Notes: generated by a model not told the origin, from the letters alone. Counted from the first letter of the stretch, positions 54,449 through 64,000 are shown. The stretch is DNA of 64,000 nucleotides from Candidatus Woesearchaeota archaeon (GCA_017609465.1 JAFCDX010000001.1:26459-90458); one strand, 5' to 3'. Translations and numbers: made by a program.

Positions 54449-54679
54449 TTAATTGTATTTTTTAAATCCTAATGACAATGCTGTTTCTCTGAAACATTGT
54501 CTGCACAGATTCAATCCGTACTTTCTTATGTGCCCTCCTATTCTTCCGCATCTTGAGCATCTTCTTGCTGCTTTTCCGAATTTTCTCTCTTTTGGTGCGT
54601 TATGTTTTTTATATTTCTCCATTTTAGCCGGTTTTTTCTCTAATTGATTGAATATTTTGTCATAAGATTTATATGTCAT
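54449..54679 (-). CDS. rps14: Ribosomal protein uS14 (Zn type)
   Basis: [25 protein letters not shown]. Confidence 0.9.
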   Translation of the reverse strand: MTYKSYDKIFNQLEKKPAKMEKYKKHNAPKERKFGKAARRCSRCGRIGGHIRKYGLNLCRQCFRETALSLGFKKYN

Positions 54680-55182
54680 TTTATGTTAACTCCAAATTCT
54701 TTCTCAACAAAAGATATTGCTTCTTCTTTTGTTATTTTTATTTTTTTAGGAAGATTTTTTCTGTTTAAGCTTCTTCTTTTTATTCTGAATCCAGGCCTAG
54801 CCAATGTTACTGCAACATCCATTCCATACATTCCAATTTCTGGATTATATTCGACGCCTGGGATATCAATATACTCCTGTATTCCAAAGGAAAAGTTTCC
54901 GTGCTGATCAAAATTTTTCTTTTTTAATAAATCTTCTTTTGATTTCAACAACCTTGACAATAATTCATGAGCTTTTTTCTTTCTCAAAGTAACCATTGCA
55001 GCAATTTTAAGATTAGGTCTTAAACCCCATGTTGGAATTCTCTTCTTAGTGGAAGTTTCAACTGGTTTTGAGCCTGTTATATAATTCAATAACTTAACTG
55101 CTTTATCCAGATTATTTCCTGGCTCTCCAACACCCATGTTAAGAGTTACTTTCTCAACTTTTATATTTCTCATATTATTCAT
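54676..55182 (-). CDS. rpl5: Ribosomal protein uL5
   Basis: [15 protein letters not shown]...[13 protein letters not shown]. Confidence 0.9.
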   Translation of the reverse strand: MNNMRNIKVEKVTLNMGVGEPGNNLDKAVKLLNYITGSKPVETSTKKRIPTWGLRPNLKIAAMVTLRKKKAHELLSRLLKSKEDLLKKKNFDQHGNFSFGIQEYIDIPGVEYNPEIGMYGMDVAVTLARPGFRIKRRSLNRKNLPKKIKITKEEAISFVEKEFGVNIK

Positions 55183-55876
55183 TTTTCATTGAAACTCCTA
55201 TTGATTTTTCATCAGGAACAGGAAATGTGTATTTCTTCAAAGTTTCATAATTCCTGTTTCCTAATTTGAATGTTACTTTTGGTTTGTTGTTTCTAGAACC
55301 TTTCTTTATCTCAACAACCTTACCTATATTTCCTTTATAATTTCCTTTTGTAATGTAAATGTTTGCTCCTTTCTCCATCTTTATGTGTTTTTTAATCTTG
55401 TTTTCATTTAAATCAATAATAACTGAATCTCCTAATTTATAATCATCTTTTGAAATTATAATATTTCTTCCATCATTAAGATTAATCTGCAATTTTCCTC
55501 CTTTTATGTATGTTTTTCCTATAATTTTCCCTAGTTTTTCATTATTGTTATTAATTTTATTGATTATGAAATTTCCTGTATTATCATACACCAAAATATA
55601 ATTCTCTTTTAAAGAAGGAATTTCTATTATGTCCATTATACCCACAGGGAATCTGTAGTCTTTTCTTGGTTTTTTATTAATAAGTATCTTTCCTTCATTC
55701 AATATACTCTTAACTTCTTTTGTTGTTTTAGCATATTTTAAAAAATATTTTATTAAAATATTAAGATTTATTGATTCATCCAAGGCGTGGGGTCCTGGCA
55801 TAGTTCTTGTTATCCATTTTGTTTTTTTCCTTCCAATCTTCCAATTTCCTGGCGAGGATATTCTTTTAAGATGCAT
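55175..55876 (-). CDS. rps4e: Ribosomal protein S4e
   Basis: MHLKRISSPGNWKIGRKKTKWITRTMPGPH. Confidence 0.9.
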   Translation of the reverse strand: MHLKRISSPGNWKIGRKKTKWITRTMPGPHALDESINLNILIKYFLKYAKTTKEVKSILNEGKILINKKPRKDYRFPVGIMDIIEIPSLKENYILVYDNTGNFIINKINNNNEKLGKIIGKTYIKGGKLQINLNDGRNIIISKDDYKLGDSVIIDLNENKIKKHIKMEKGANIYITKGNYKGNIGKVVEIKKGSRNNKPKVTFKLGNRNYETLKKYTFPVPDEKSIGVSMKNE

Positions 55877-56258
55877 TTTTATTACCTTCTAATTTTATTT
55901 TTCTTTTTTTGTCTGACAAATCAAATACTGTTATCATAAGATTTGAAATCTTTATTGGGTAACTGGATTTTGTTCCATCTTTTCTTATTTGATTTATATT
56001 TTCTATTTTTGCCCTACTCCTTATTAAATCTATATTTTCAACTTTTCCTGATTTTCCTTTAAACTGACCCTTCAATACTTTAACAGTATCTCCTTTTCTC
56101 AATCTAAATGACCTTTTTGAATATTTTTTTCTAAGTTCAGGGGACAAATGACATCCCAAAAACTTACCCAAGATGTTTAATGGAGCATTCTTTCTATATT
56201 TTCTCTGCTTTCTTGGTTGCTTACTTCTATTCCATTTCTTTGAAAATATTTTCTTCAT
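55866..56258 (-). CDS. rpl24: Ribosomal protein uL24
   Basis: KOW motif RKGDTVKVLKGQFKGKSGKV. Confidence 0.9.
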   Translation of the reverse strand: MKKIFSKKWNRSKQPRKQRKYRKNAPLNILGKFLGCHLSPELRKKYSKRSFRLRKGDTVKVLKGQFKGKSGKVENIDLIRSRAKIENINQIRKDGTKSSYPIKISNLMITVFDLSDKKRKIKLEGNKNAS

Positions 56259-56259
56259 T

Positions 56260-56661
56260 TTATACTATTATTTTTGCTAATTTTGAGACTCCTGCCCATC
56301 TTTCAGCAGCTTCCTTGGCTATTGCTCCTTTCAATAATGTCCCTTTTGGATTTCCTTTTGTATCCTTTAGCACAACTGCGGCATTATCTTCAAATTTTAT
56401 CCTTGTACCGTCAGGTCTCCTATATTCCTTTTTTTGTCTTACTATTATAGCATTAACAACCTGTTTTTTCATTGCAGGAGTCCCTTTGACAACAGATGCT
56501 GTTATCAAATCCCCAACACCGCAATCGGGGCTTTTTCCCTTTTTTGTTTTTCTTCCCTTAACAGATATTATTCTCAATATACGTGCGCCTGAATTATCAC
56601 ATGTTTCTATTCTTGAATCTTTCTGGAACGCTTTTGTTACCTTTGCTTTTATTGCTTTCAT
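56260..56661 (-). CDS. rpl14: Ribosomal protein uL14
   Basis: CDNSGARILRIISVKG...GDLITASVVKG. Confidence 0.9.
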   Translation of the reverse strand: MKAIKAKVTKAFQKDSRIETCDNSGARILRIISVKGRKTKKGKSPDCGVGDLITASVVKGTPAMKKQVVNAIIVRQKKEYRRPDGTRIKFEDNAAVVLKDTKGNPKGTLLKGAIAKEAAERWAGVSKLAKIIV

Positions 56662-56963
56662 TTTAACACTTCCACTATAACATTATGTTTTGTTTTTGAA
56701 ATTGGTTTTGATCCAATAACTCTAACCTTGTCTCCTATGCTAACTTCCATACAACCAGGTTTATGAACATGAAGTGCGCTTTTTCTTTTTTCATACCTTT
56801 CATATTTTGGAAGATAATAATTCCTTGTCCATTCTATTTTTACAGTTCCTTTTGAGGAAAGTTTTGTGACTGTTCCTGTAAATACACGTCCCCTAGTTTT
56901 CAAACTACCATGAAAAGGGCAATTCTTATCATCACATTTTTCCATTTCCTTTTTATTTTTCAT
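56658..56963 (-). CDS. rps17: Ribosomal protein uS17
   Basis: CPFHGSLKTRGRVFTGTV...GDKVRVIGSKPISKTK. Confidence 0.9.
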   Translation of the reverse strand: MKNKKEMEKCDDKNCPFHGSLKTRGRVFTGTVTKLSSKGTVKIEWTRNYYLPKYERYEKRKSALHVHKPGCMEVSIGDKVRVIGSKPISKTKHNVIVEVLK

Positions 56964-57208
56964 TTTAATCTTTCCTCTGGTCTTTTTGCAATCCTTTTTC
57001 CTTTGATTTTCTTGTTTTCATTTATAAGCATGATTTCAATCTGGTTTTTTAATATCTTTTTTTCTTTGCCTTTTACTTCAAGTGTTATTGTATTTTTAGT
57101 TTCGTCTATCACTTTTCCTTCAATACCAATAAGGGTTATATTTTTTGAATCTGTTATTTTTATCTCTTTTCCTATGAGTTCTATTTTTTCCTCGTCCCTT
57201 AACTTCAT
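56960..57208 (-). CDS. rnp1: RNase P protein component 1 (Rpp29/Pop4)
   Basis: LIGKEIKITDSKNITLIGIEGKVIDETKNTITLE, in the conserved slot between SUI1 and S17. Confidence 0.8.
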   Translation of the reverse strand: MKLRDEEKIELIGKEIKITDSKNITLIGIEGKVIDETKNTITLEVKGKEKKILKNQIEIMLINENKKIKGKRIAKRPEERLK

Positions 57209-57510
57209 TTTGTTTCTATGGTGTCTTCCTGGAATCCAAGTTTCATGAGTTCTTCTTTGACCTTTTCAACGTGATTTCCTTGCAACTCTATAACGCCATC
57301 TTTGTGCGTTCCTCCACATGCAAGTTTTTGCTTTAGTTTTTTAGTAAGCTCTTTTATATCAACGTCTTTGGTCAACCCCTGAATAACAGTCATTTTTTTT
57401 CCAAATCTTCTTTCCACGGTTTTAATAAGGATTTTCTGTTTTCCTTTTGCCAACTCACCACACATGCAGATTTCTTTGGGTAAACCACACTTTTCGCAAA
57501 TTTCACTCAC
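57205..57510 (-). CDS. sui1: Translation initiation factor SUI1 (aIF1)
   Basis: N-terminal CxxC..CxC, then RRFGKKMTVIQGL...LKQKLACGGT. Confidence 0.9.
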   Translation of the reverse strand: MSEICEKCGLPKEICMCGELAKGKQKILIKTVERRFGKKMTVIQGLTKDVDIKELTKKLKQKLACGGTHKDGVIELQGNHVEKVKEELMKLGFQEDTIETK

Positions 57511-57713
57511 TTATTCTTTACCTCCTTGTCTTTTTGTTTTGAATATGTAATTATTCTTGCCATTGTTTTTCTTATAGCTCTTATTCTTCCTGGATTTTCA
57601 GGAGGGGTCCCTGATGCTCTTTGAGCATTAAGCTTCATTATATCCCTTCTTAATTCATTTAACTTTGAATCAAGCTGTCTTTTGTCTAGTTTTTTTAGTT
57701 CTGCTTTTTTCAT
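57507..57713 (-). CDS. rpl29: Ribosomal protein uL29
   Basis: LNELRRDIMKLNAQRASG...IRAIRKTMARI. Confidence 0.9.
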   Translation of the reverse strand: MKKAELKKLDKRQLDSKLNELRRDIMKLNAQRASGTPPENPGRIRAIRKTMARIITYSKQKDKEVKNK

Positions 57714-58380
57714 TTTTATCTTCCTTAATTTCTTTTGGCTCCTCTTTTAACTCCTCTAATGAAATTTTCTTTATCTCTACCTTATCAGGTAATTGGGTAT
57801 CTGGATGCAATATTGAAACTTTAATGCCTATTGAACCAGATCTTAAATTTGCAACCGAATATGCTTTCAATACTTTATTCTGTGCAATGTCTCCTGATTT
57901 TTTTAGATAACCCGCTGAGAATCTCCATGTTTTTGCTCTTGTACTTGGAACTCCTCTTCCAGAAATAACTATCTCTGCCCCTAATGCCCCTGCCTTTATT
58001 ATTTCTTCCAATATCCTATAACCTATTGACTTGAATCTCTTTGGTCCAAATCTTTCAAACAATAAAACTATTCTTTTTGCTATAGATTGTGCATTCAATG
58101 ACGGATTTTCAATTTCACTCACTTCAATTTGTGGATTCTCCATATTAAATTTTTCTTTTAATAATTTAGTTAGATTTTGAATATTAGAACCTCTTGAACC
58201 AACAACCAAACCTGGTTTTGAAGTATATATTATTATTTTCTCTCCCATGGGTGTTCTTTGTATATCAGTATGGCTATACGAGGCTCTGTTTAAAAAAGAA
58301 TATATGAATTCCTTTATCTGATTCTCTTTCACGTTTTGCTTAATTATTTGTTTTTCTATCATTTTTATTTTCAGGTTCAC
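57670..58380 (-). CDS. rps3: Ribosomal protein uS3 with short K/E tail
   Basis: KH domain (PGLVVGSRGSNIQNL). The true start is probably the internal ATG at 58362. Confidence 0.9.
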   Translation of the reverse strand: MNLKIKMIEKQIIKQNVKENQIKEFIYSFLNRASYSHTDIQRTPMGEKIIIYTSKPGLVVGSRGSNIQNLTKLLKEKFNMENPQIEVSEIENPSLNAQSIAKRIVLLFERFGPKRFKSIGYRILEEIIKAGALGAEIVISGRGVPSTRAKTWRFSAGYLKKSGDIAQNKVLKAYSVANLRSGSIGIKVSILHPDTQLPDKVEIKKISLEELKEEPKEIKEDKNEKSRTKKTRQKTA

Positions 58381-58768
58381 TTACTTCAATTTCAATATGA
58401 GTTCTTTTCATAAGCCTCCTTCTTTTTCTTCCAAAATGAAATTGTTGTGCTCCTTTGTTTGCTATTATTTTTGTTATTATGAGGTTTTTTGAATCCATGC
58501 CTTTATTCTCTGCGTTTGCCTGAACTCCTTTTAATAAACTAAGTATTTCCTGTGTTGCTTTTTCAGGATATCTTCCCGATGCAATTCCTGGCTTGTGTCC
58601 TGTATCTCTGTTATATCTTTTGAATGGAATAGCTGTTTTTTTATCCAAGACAGACTGAAGTATATTTTGTGCTTTCAAAAGATTCTTGTTTCTAACAAAA
58701 TTGCAAATCTCAACACTTTGTTTTATTGAAATTCTCAGGTCCTTTGATATTAATTTAGCTGATTCCAT
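58340..58768 (-). CDS. rpl22: Ribosomal protein uL22
   Basis: RISIKQSVEICNFVRNK...AIPFKRYN. Confidence 0.9.
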   Translation of the reverse strand: MESAKLISKDLRISIKQSVEICNFVRNKNLLKAQNILQSVLDKKTAIPFKRYNRDTGHKPGIASGRYPEKATQEILSLLKGVQANAENKGMDSKNLIITKIIANKGAQQFHFGRKRRRLMKRTHIEIEVSEPENKNDRKTNN

Positions 58769-58769
58769 T

Positions 58770-59165
58770 TTATTTCACTGATGCGGCCGCACTAGATTTT
58801 GTAGCTCCAATACCTGGGGATGAATGTACAACCTTTTTACGTGTTTGTGAAAATTCCCCTAACCTATGTCCAATCATCTCTTCAATTATAGTAACTGTCT
58901 CAAAAGATTTACCATTATAAATTCCAAATGTCAATCCAACCATGGAAGGAAGAACTATCATACTACGACAATGTGTCTTTAATGGTTTTTTTATTCCTTT
59001 TTCCTTATATTTATTTATTTTATTAATTAATTTTTTTTGATTTTCTGTTAATCCTCTTGTGAGTGTTCTTCTCTGTCTTGCAGGAAGCAATTTAGCAAGA
59101 TCCTGAATACTCATATTTTGCAATTCACTTATGCTTTTTCCTCTATATTTGAATTCTTTTGCCAT
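58770..59165 (-). CDS. rps19: Ribosomal protein uS19
   Basis: GLTFGIYNGKSFETVTIIEEMIGHRLGEFSQTR. Confidence 0.9.
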   Translation of the reverse strand: MAKEFKYRGKSISELQNMSIQDLAKLLPARQRRTLTRGLTENQKKLINKINKYKEKGIKKPLKTHCRSMIVLPSMVGLTFGIYNGKSFETVTIIEEMIGHRLGEFSQTRKKVVHSSPGIGATKSSAAASVK

Positions 59166-59166
59166 T

Positions 59167-59892
59167 TTATTTCTTCTTTTTACCTGTTCTTTTTGCTTTT
59201 ATTTGTCCTACGTTTGCACCTGGAGCCGCACCCCATTTAGGAACACTAGGTCTTCCCTTATGCCTTCCTCTTCCAGAACCAAAAGGATGGTCATACGAAC
59301 TCATTGCCACAGGTGATGTTCTAGGATATAATTTATTTCTTGCTTTCATAGCATGATATCTTTTTCCTGCTTTTACAAAAGGCTTGTCTTCTCTTCCTCC
59401 CCCCGCAACAACACCAATAGTTGCTCTGCATGAAGGATGCAATGAAATTGATTTCTTTGAGGGTAATTTTAAGGTTATGCTATCATCTGTCTTGTTTGTT
59501 ATTCTTGCAAAAGTTCCAGAGGATCTCAACAATTTTCCACCATCTCCAGGATTTTTTTCAAGACAAAATACCTGAATACCTTCAGGGATATTTTTTAAAG
59601 GAAGTATATTTCCTGTTTTTATTTTAGCCTCATTTCCTGAATTTATTATCATCCCTTCATATATTCCTTCTGGAGCAACATGGAGACAAGTTTCTCCATT
59701 ATTATATTTTATTTTCATTAAAGGTGCGGAATGTCCTCTTGAATTTATTAATTCAACAACTTTTCCGGATAATTTTCCTTCTTTATTAGTATCAATTAAA
59801 TTGTACTTTATTTTTCCAGCATACCTGTGGCTAGGAGAAGTATATCTCTTTGTTCCACTTCCACGCCTTTGTTGTATGATTCTTTTTCCCAT
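59167..59892 (-). CDS. rpl2: Ribosomal protein uL2
   Basis: GGGREDKPFVKAGKRYH...YDHPFGSGRG. Confidence 0.95.
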   Translation of the reverse strand: MGKRIIQQRRGSGTKRYTSPSHRYAGKIKYNLIDTNKEGKLSGKVVELINSRGHSAPLMKIKYNNGETCLHVAPEGIYEGMIINSGNEAKIKTGNILPLKNIPEGIQVFCLEKNPGDGGKLLRSSGTFARITNKTDDSITLKLPSKKSISLHPSCRATIGVVAGGGREDKPFVKAGKRYHAMKARNKLYPRTSPVAMSSYDHPFGSGRGRHKGRPSVPKWGAAPGANVGQIKAKRTGKKKK

Positions 59893-59893
59893 T

Positions 59894-60151
59894 TTACATC
59901 AATCCCAATTGTGTTATTATATCCATTGCTGGATTTTCAGGAGATAATTTTACATATGCTCTCTTTTTCCCTTTTGGTGTTATTAAAGTATTAACGCTAT
60001 CCACCTTAACCTTGAACATTTCTTCAACAGCCTTTTTTATCTCTGGTTTTTTTGCTTTTAAATCCACAACGAACAATATTTTATTCTCTGACTCAACCAG
60101 TCTTACTGCCTTTTCGGTCACTAAAGGATATTTAAGTATTTGTCTTTGCAT
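59894..60151 (-). CDS. rpl23: Ribosomal protein uL23
   Basis: [15 protein letters not shown]...[12 protein letters not shown]. Confidence 0.9.
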   Translation of the reverse strand: MQRQILKYPLVTEKAVRLVESENKILFVVDLKAKKPEIKKAVEEMFKVKVDSVNTLITPKGKKRAYVKLSPENPAMDIITQLGLM

Positions 60152-60965
60152 TTTCTGTTTTCTCCTTCTTTATATTTAAAAATAATTTGTTCTTATCAAG
60201 ATTCTCTATTGCTCCTTCTGTATATATAGTCAATCTTGAATGGTCTATTCCAGGTGAGATTAATTCTGTATTAATATTTTTCATTTCCACAACATCAAAA
60301 CCAGGAACATTTTTTATGGACTTCATCAAATCACATTTTTTTGAAACAACTATCAAAGGTCCTTTTTTTATCTTGTATTTTCTACCCCTCATCTTTCCTT
60401 TTCCGGACCTTATTTTCTTCTTTTTTGTTCTATCCAATTCTTTTTTTAATTTCAAATTATCAAGAACTTTTTCAAAATCCTTTACCTTTTTTATATCTTC
60501 AAATTTATTTTCTAAAACTATTGGAAGATTATATTCTCTTGCAACTATATTTTTGTCTAAAGTTGATGCCAAAGCACTTCTTGTTGCTTTTCTTTTTTCT
60601 TTGATATTTATTTTTTGATCCCAAATCTTTTCTGCTTTTGGAGGATGAGCTCTTCTTCCGCCAACCATTCCTGGAGCAAAAGCACCCACCCACATAAATT
60701 GGGTTCCTCTTCTCCACATTGTTTTTCTTGGAACTCTTGATATTCCTCTGTTATAAGCCCCTTTGTAATTGTGCCTTCTTCTTGATAATTTTGATGATTG
60801 TCTTTTTCCTGCTTCAGGATTAGCACCATATTTTTGCCTTCTTAGACTCCTTATTGCCAATATGGTTCTTTTTATAAGGTCAAGCCTGTATTCCTCAGAG
60901 AATTGTTTGGGCAAATCAATGCTTTTCAATTTCTTCCCTTCCAAACTTAATACGTCTGCTTTCAT
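60132..60965 (-). CDS. rpl4: Ribosomal protein uL4
   Basis: [17 protein letters not shown]...GGRRAHPPK. Confidence 0.9.
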   Translation of the reverse strand: MKADVLSLEGKKLKSIDLPKQFSEEYRLDLIKRTILAIRSLRRQKYGANPEAGKRQSSKLSRRRHNYKGAYNRGISRVPRKTMWRRGTQFMWVGAFAPGMVGGRRAHPPKAEKIWDQKINIKEKRKATRSALASTLDKNIVAREYNLPIVLENKFEDIKKVKDFEKVLDNLKLKKELDRTKKKKIRSGKGKMRGRKYKIKKGPLIVVSKKCDLMKSIKNVPGFDVVEMKNINTELISPGIDHSRLTIYTEGAIENLDKNKLFLNIKKEKTENAKTNT

Positions 60966-61906
60966 TTTCTAATTGAATTTATTTCATAATTCTCCTTAAC
61001 CTTTGGCTGTCTTATTGAATGTGAAAACTTAATTAATCTTTTTTTAGGGCCTATAACAGATCCTTTTATTAACAAATAATCATTTTTTACATTTCCATAT
61101 TTATGTATGTCTTTCATATTTTTTATATTTTCAGGATTAACAGCTAATAATAATTTATTATATTCTGTTCTTGTGTGAAAACCCATTTGACCGTGCTGTG
61201 GGACCCTCCAATCTGTTTTTCTTGGAGTAAACGATCCTAAATTCCCTGTAGAACGTCTCTTTTTTTCTGATTTATGGCTTTTTAAAGAAATCCCGAATCT
61301 TTTAACAGGTCCTTGGAATCCTTTCCCTTTTGTAATTCCGTGAACATCAACAAAGCATATATTATTAAAAACATCTGTTAGCTTCAATTGTTTTCCAAGC
61401 ATTTCCTTAGCGAATTTTTCTTTTTCTTCCTTGCTTCCTGACAATCCAATTTCAACAATTTCAGGTTTTTTCTTTCCAATGCCAGTAAGTTTTGGATTTG
61501 TATGAGCCAATAAACGAATATCATCATATTCTTTTATTTCTTTATGATTAATTTTTTTAGGAACCTTTAATTTTCTTTTTAATTCTTTGTCAACTTTGTC
61601 AGAAACATGTTCAGAAATCAACCTTAAACCATAATAAGTTTTTTTATAATAACGGATTGAAAAGACATTTAACGGGGGACACTCAAGAATTGTGGCTGGA
61701 ATTGAAATTTGAGAACCTTTTGTTGGAGAATTAGGTGTGTTGTTTTGAGCAAGAACTTGGACCATACCCACCTTGTAGCCAGCAAACATTAAGGGTTTAA
61801 AATCATTGATATTGAGCCAAGACCTAACTCTAGCAATAGCTCTCTTGGCTCTCTTTCTAGGCCAAAACTGCAAACTTCCTGATCTTGATTTATGCTTTCT
61901 TGCCAT
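60962..61906 (-). CDS. rpl3: Ribosomal protein uL3
   Basis: KSRSGSLQFWPRKRAKR...FAGYKVGM. It is the first gene of the cluster. Confidence 0.95.
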   Translation of the reverse strand: MARKHKSRSGSLQFWPRKRAKRAIARVRSWLNINDFKPLMFAGYKVGMVQVLAQNNTPNSPTKGSQISIPATILECPPLNVFSIRYYKKTYYGLRLISEHVSDKVDKELKRKLKVPKKINHKEIKEYDDIRLLAHTNPKLTGIGKKKPEIVEIGLSGSKEEKEKFAKEMLGKQLKLTDVFNNICFVDVHGITKGKGFQGPVKRFGISLKSHKSEKKRRSTGNLGSFTPRKTDWRVPQHGQMGFHTRTEYNKLLLAVNPENIKNMKDIHKYGNVKNDYLLIKGSVIGPKKRLIKFSHSIRQPKVKENYEINSIRK

Positions 61907-61928
61907 TTTATTTTGCCTTTACAGGCGG

Positions 61929-61936
61929 TTTATAAA
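61929..61936 (-). promoter_or_regulatory. TTTATAAA box 23 nt upstream of the rpl3 ATG
   Basis: The only strong A/T box in the spacer at promoter-like distance from the first gene of the r-protein cluster. Confidence 0.45.
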
Positions 61937-62007
61937 TCTTTCTAGAATCAGCGACTGTTTACAGTAGGGTAAAATCTTAAATAATATGTTATTTATAAAG
62001 ATTTCTA

Positions 62008-62490
62008 ATGTTATTGAGTAAAAAATTTTTTGAAAAAAAGGCAAGAATTACAGCAAAAGAGCTAATTGGAAAGATAATTGAGTATAATGGAATTAAAGGA
62101 ATAATAACAGAAACAGAAGCTTATGAAAACGATGAAGCAAGCCATGCTTTTAAAAAAACAAAAAGGTCTGAACTAATGTACGATACTTATGGAAATATTT
62201 ATGTTTATATGATATACGGGTTTTATCATTGTTTAAATATTACTTGTGACAAAAATGGTCCTGGGGCAGTATTGATAAGAAAAATAAAACCCTTGAATGA
62301 TATTGATGAAAATGAATTGGATGGTCCTGGGAAATTATGCAGAGCTCTTAATATAACAAAAGAAATTAACGGGACTAAGATAAATGATAAAGTAAAAATA
62401 TATGATTCTAATTATAAATTCAAGATTAACAAAGGTTCAAGAATAGGCATTAGAAAAGCAAATAATTTACAATGGAGATTTTTTATTTAA
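62008..62490 (+). CDS. mpg: DNA-3-methyladenine glycosylase (Mpg/AAG family)
   Basis: TETEAYENDEASHAF...GNIYVYMIYGFYHCLNI...GPGKLCRALNI. Confidence 0.85.
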   Translation: MLLSKKFFEKKARITAKELIGKIIEYNGIKGIITETEAYENDEASHAFKKTKRSELMYDTYGNIYVYMIYGFYHCLNITCDKNGPGAVLIRKIKPLNDIDENELDGPGKLCRALNITKEINGTKINDKVKIYDSNYKFKINKGSRIGIRKANNLQWRFFI

Positions 62491-63298
62491 AACTCTTGCT
62501 CAAACTTTCTGTCCAAAAACTGGGCAATCCAGATTTTATGAAACCCTTAAATTCTTCTGAATAAATATAACTCAAACCTTGTCCATGTTTCTTGTGATAA
62601 TTCTCAAAATCATCTTTTATTTTTGTATAGGTGTTTGATATTATTTTTCTTTCAGTTTCATGCTGAAACAAATCAAACTTCTTGAATATTACAAAGCTAC
62701 TTTGTCTTATGAAATTCAAATCAATGTTCGAAGAGTTCTGCAAAACTGCCAATATTGAAATCCCCTTGTGCCTTCTTATATTTAATAAATTGGAAAAAAG
62801 AACATTGAACTTGCTCATGCTTCTTCTTGCACTTAATGATATTCCTGCTTCATCCAAAATCAATAGAGAATTATTTTTTATTTTATCTATATCTTCAATT
62901 TCAACATGTTCTATCCATTTTGGCAATTCATTCCTGGAAAATCCAACTGCATATATTTTTTTATTCTTAAATGATTTTAAATTCTCTGCCAATAACATTG
63001 CAAAACTGCTTTTTCCAGTTCCTGCACCCCCAACAATAAGCCCAATTTTGGATTTGTCTAATAAATTCATAAAATTACTAAAATCCCCTTCTGAATTTAA
63101 TATTTCAATCTCATTTTCTTTTACAGAACCGGGTCTTTTTTTGTATTCCTTTTTTTCTTTTATTTTATTCTTTGATTTTTTAACAGAATTATAGGAAAAT
63201 TTTGCTGTTTTTGATATGCCTTTTACAATAAATTTTGCGATATTAAATCCTAATTTCAGGCTTTTTGATAATAATGATTTTTTCTTTTTTCTTGGCAT
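62483..63298 (-). CDS. Orphan P-loop NTPase with basic N-terminal region
   Basis: Walker A is GGAGTGKSS and Walker B-like is LLILDEAG. The family is not assignable by eye. Confidence 0.6.
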   Translation of the reverse strand: MPRKKKKSLLSKSLKLGFNIAKFIVKGISKTAKFSYNSVKKSKNKIKEKKEYKKRPGSVKENEIEILNSEGDFSNFMNLLDKSKIGLIVGGAGTGKSSFAMLLAENLKSFKNKKIYAVGFSRNELPKWIEHVEIEDIDKIKNNSLLILDEAGISLSARRSMSKFNVLFSNLLNIRRHKGISILAVLQNSSNIDLNFIRQSSFVIFKKFDLFQHETERKIISNTYTKIKDDFENYHKKHGQGLSYIYSEEFKGFIKSGLPSFWTESLSKSFK

Positions 63299-63325
63299 AA
63301 AAATTAAAGGACAAATAATTTTAAA

Positions 63326-63541
63326 TTACTTTCCATCAGGAATTATATTATATTCATATAAGCCAGGACATAAAAAAGTATCTTTGTAAACTTGATCAGA
63401 AAGTCCGTCGTTCATACATATATTCTCAACTATTTTCGCTAAAGCTTCCTCTCCATCTTTATCTAAGACTTCCTTTAATATTTCACAGTTCTCATATAGA
63501 ACACATAATTTTGGGAATTTTCCTTTCATAATAAAATACAA
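63326..63541 (-). CDS. Hypothetical small Cys-containing protein
   Basis: 71 aa, same strand and tight spacing with the P-loop gene. No motif recognised. Confidence 0.4.
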   Translation of the reverse strand: MYFIMKGKFPKLCVLYENCEILKEVLDKDGEEALAKIVENICMNDGLSDQVYKDTFLCPGLYEYNIIPDGK

Positions 63542-63579
63542 ATAAAAAAACTTATAAATTTATATCTTATTAAAAACAT

Positions 63580-63849
63580 ATGAAAAAACAGTTATTAATA
63601 ATAATATTATTAGTATTTATGGCTGCGTGTAGTTCGCCAGACCCAAATTCATGTGAAACAAGCCAGGATTGTATAGACAAGGCTTCTAATGGATTGTTAA
63701 AGCCATTGCAAGAAGATGGAAATTGGGTATGTGAAGAAAACACATGCAAATGGAACGTAACCATTAATAAAGATATTACAGGAAAAATAACAGACGATGA
63801 TAATGTAATTAATATAGTTGCCGGAGAAGGAGAAACCAAAGGTTTTTAA
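63580..63849 (+). CDS. Small lipobox-bearing secreted protein
   Basis: MKKQLLIIILLVFMAACSSPD has a lipobox-like MAAC. Four further Cys are present. Confidence 0.55.
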   Translation: MKKQLLIIILLVFMAACSSPDPNSCETSQDCIDKASNGLLKPLQEDGNWVCEENTCKWNVTINKDITGKITDDDNVINIVAGEGETKGF

Positions 63850-64000
63850 TTATTTATTGTAAATCTTTTTTCTGAGCACATAACAATCATTAAATTATTT
63901 TCTCTATCATACATTGAAAAAGACTTGAAATCCTGTTCTGAAGGTATACAAAACAATCTTGGATGGCTGTGCAAGGATACAATGCTGTCATAACACGGTT

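Noticed and set aside
63570-63839. 89-aa minus-strand ORF mirroring 63580-63849
   Set aside because: The plus-strand version starts with a lipobox signal (LLVFMAAC) and looks like a real secreted protein. The minus version has no such features.
63850-64000. Possible 3' end of a minus-strand gene entering from the right edge
   Set aside because: Only about 34 codons are open before a stop, with no recognisable motif. This is too little to support a call.

Overview
This is an AT-rich, very gene-dense archaeal window. Ribosomal proteins of the e-families (L19e, L32e, S4e, L31e, L39e, S19e, L14e, L34e), aRF1, Cbf5, PCNA, Hjc, TFS, RpoL and a class I LysRS make it archaeal. The compact genes, the missing adk/cmk and the load of surface proteins suggest a reduced DPANN-type genome, but that is an inference, not a database result. 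The right third (47.3-61.9 kb, minus strand) is the canonical operon L3-L4-L23-L2-S19-L22-S3-L29-SUI1-Rpp29-S17-L14-L24-S4e-L5-S14-S8-L6-L32e-L19e-L18-S5-L30-L15-SecY-DUF106-L34e-L14e. Housekeeping genes elsewhere are ValRS, CysRS, LysRS, aRF1, Cbf5, acylphosphatase, ScpB, MBF1, signal peptidase, Mpg glycosylase, prefoldin alpha and a fused PriS-PriL primase. The only RNA gene I can support is a tRNA-Phe(GAA) at 24505-24634, which needs three short introns removed to fold. I found no CRISPR array, rRNA or recognisable transposon. Roughly 40% of the window encodes lineage-specific envelope proteins. The most interesting candidate system is a two-gene cassette present three times: a ~250-aa protein with a class III (prepilin-like) signal peptide, coupled to a giant secreted or Cys-rich protein. 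It occurs at 1-5644 (two tandem copies) and at 42818-45686. Second is an expanded family of Cys6 domain proteins with a shared TGK leader motif (15033-16512 and 18268-21171), next to an HExxH protease. Three genes were missed or truncated by the ORF track. L39e and a DUF1931-like histone-fold ORF are absent from it. TFS lacks its N-terminal Zn ribbon in the track and seems to need an ATT start. Several first-in-operon genes carry a TATATTTAAA-type box about 20 nt before the ATG, which implies leaderless mRNAs.
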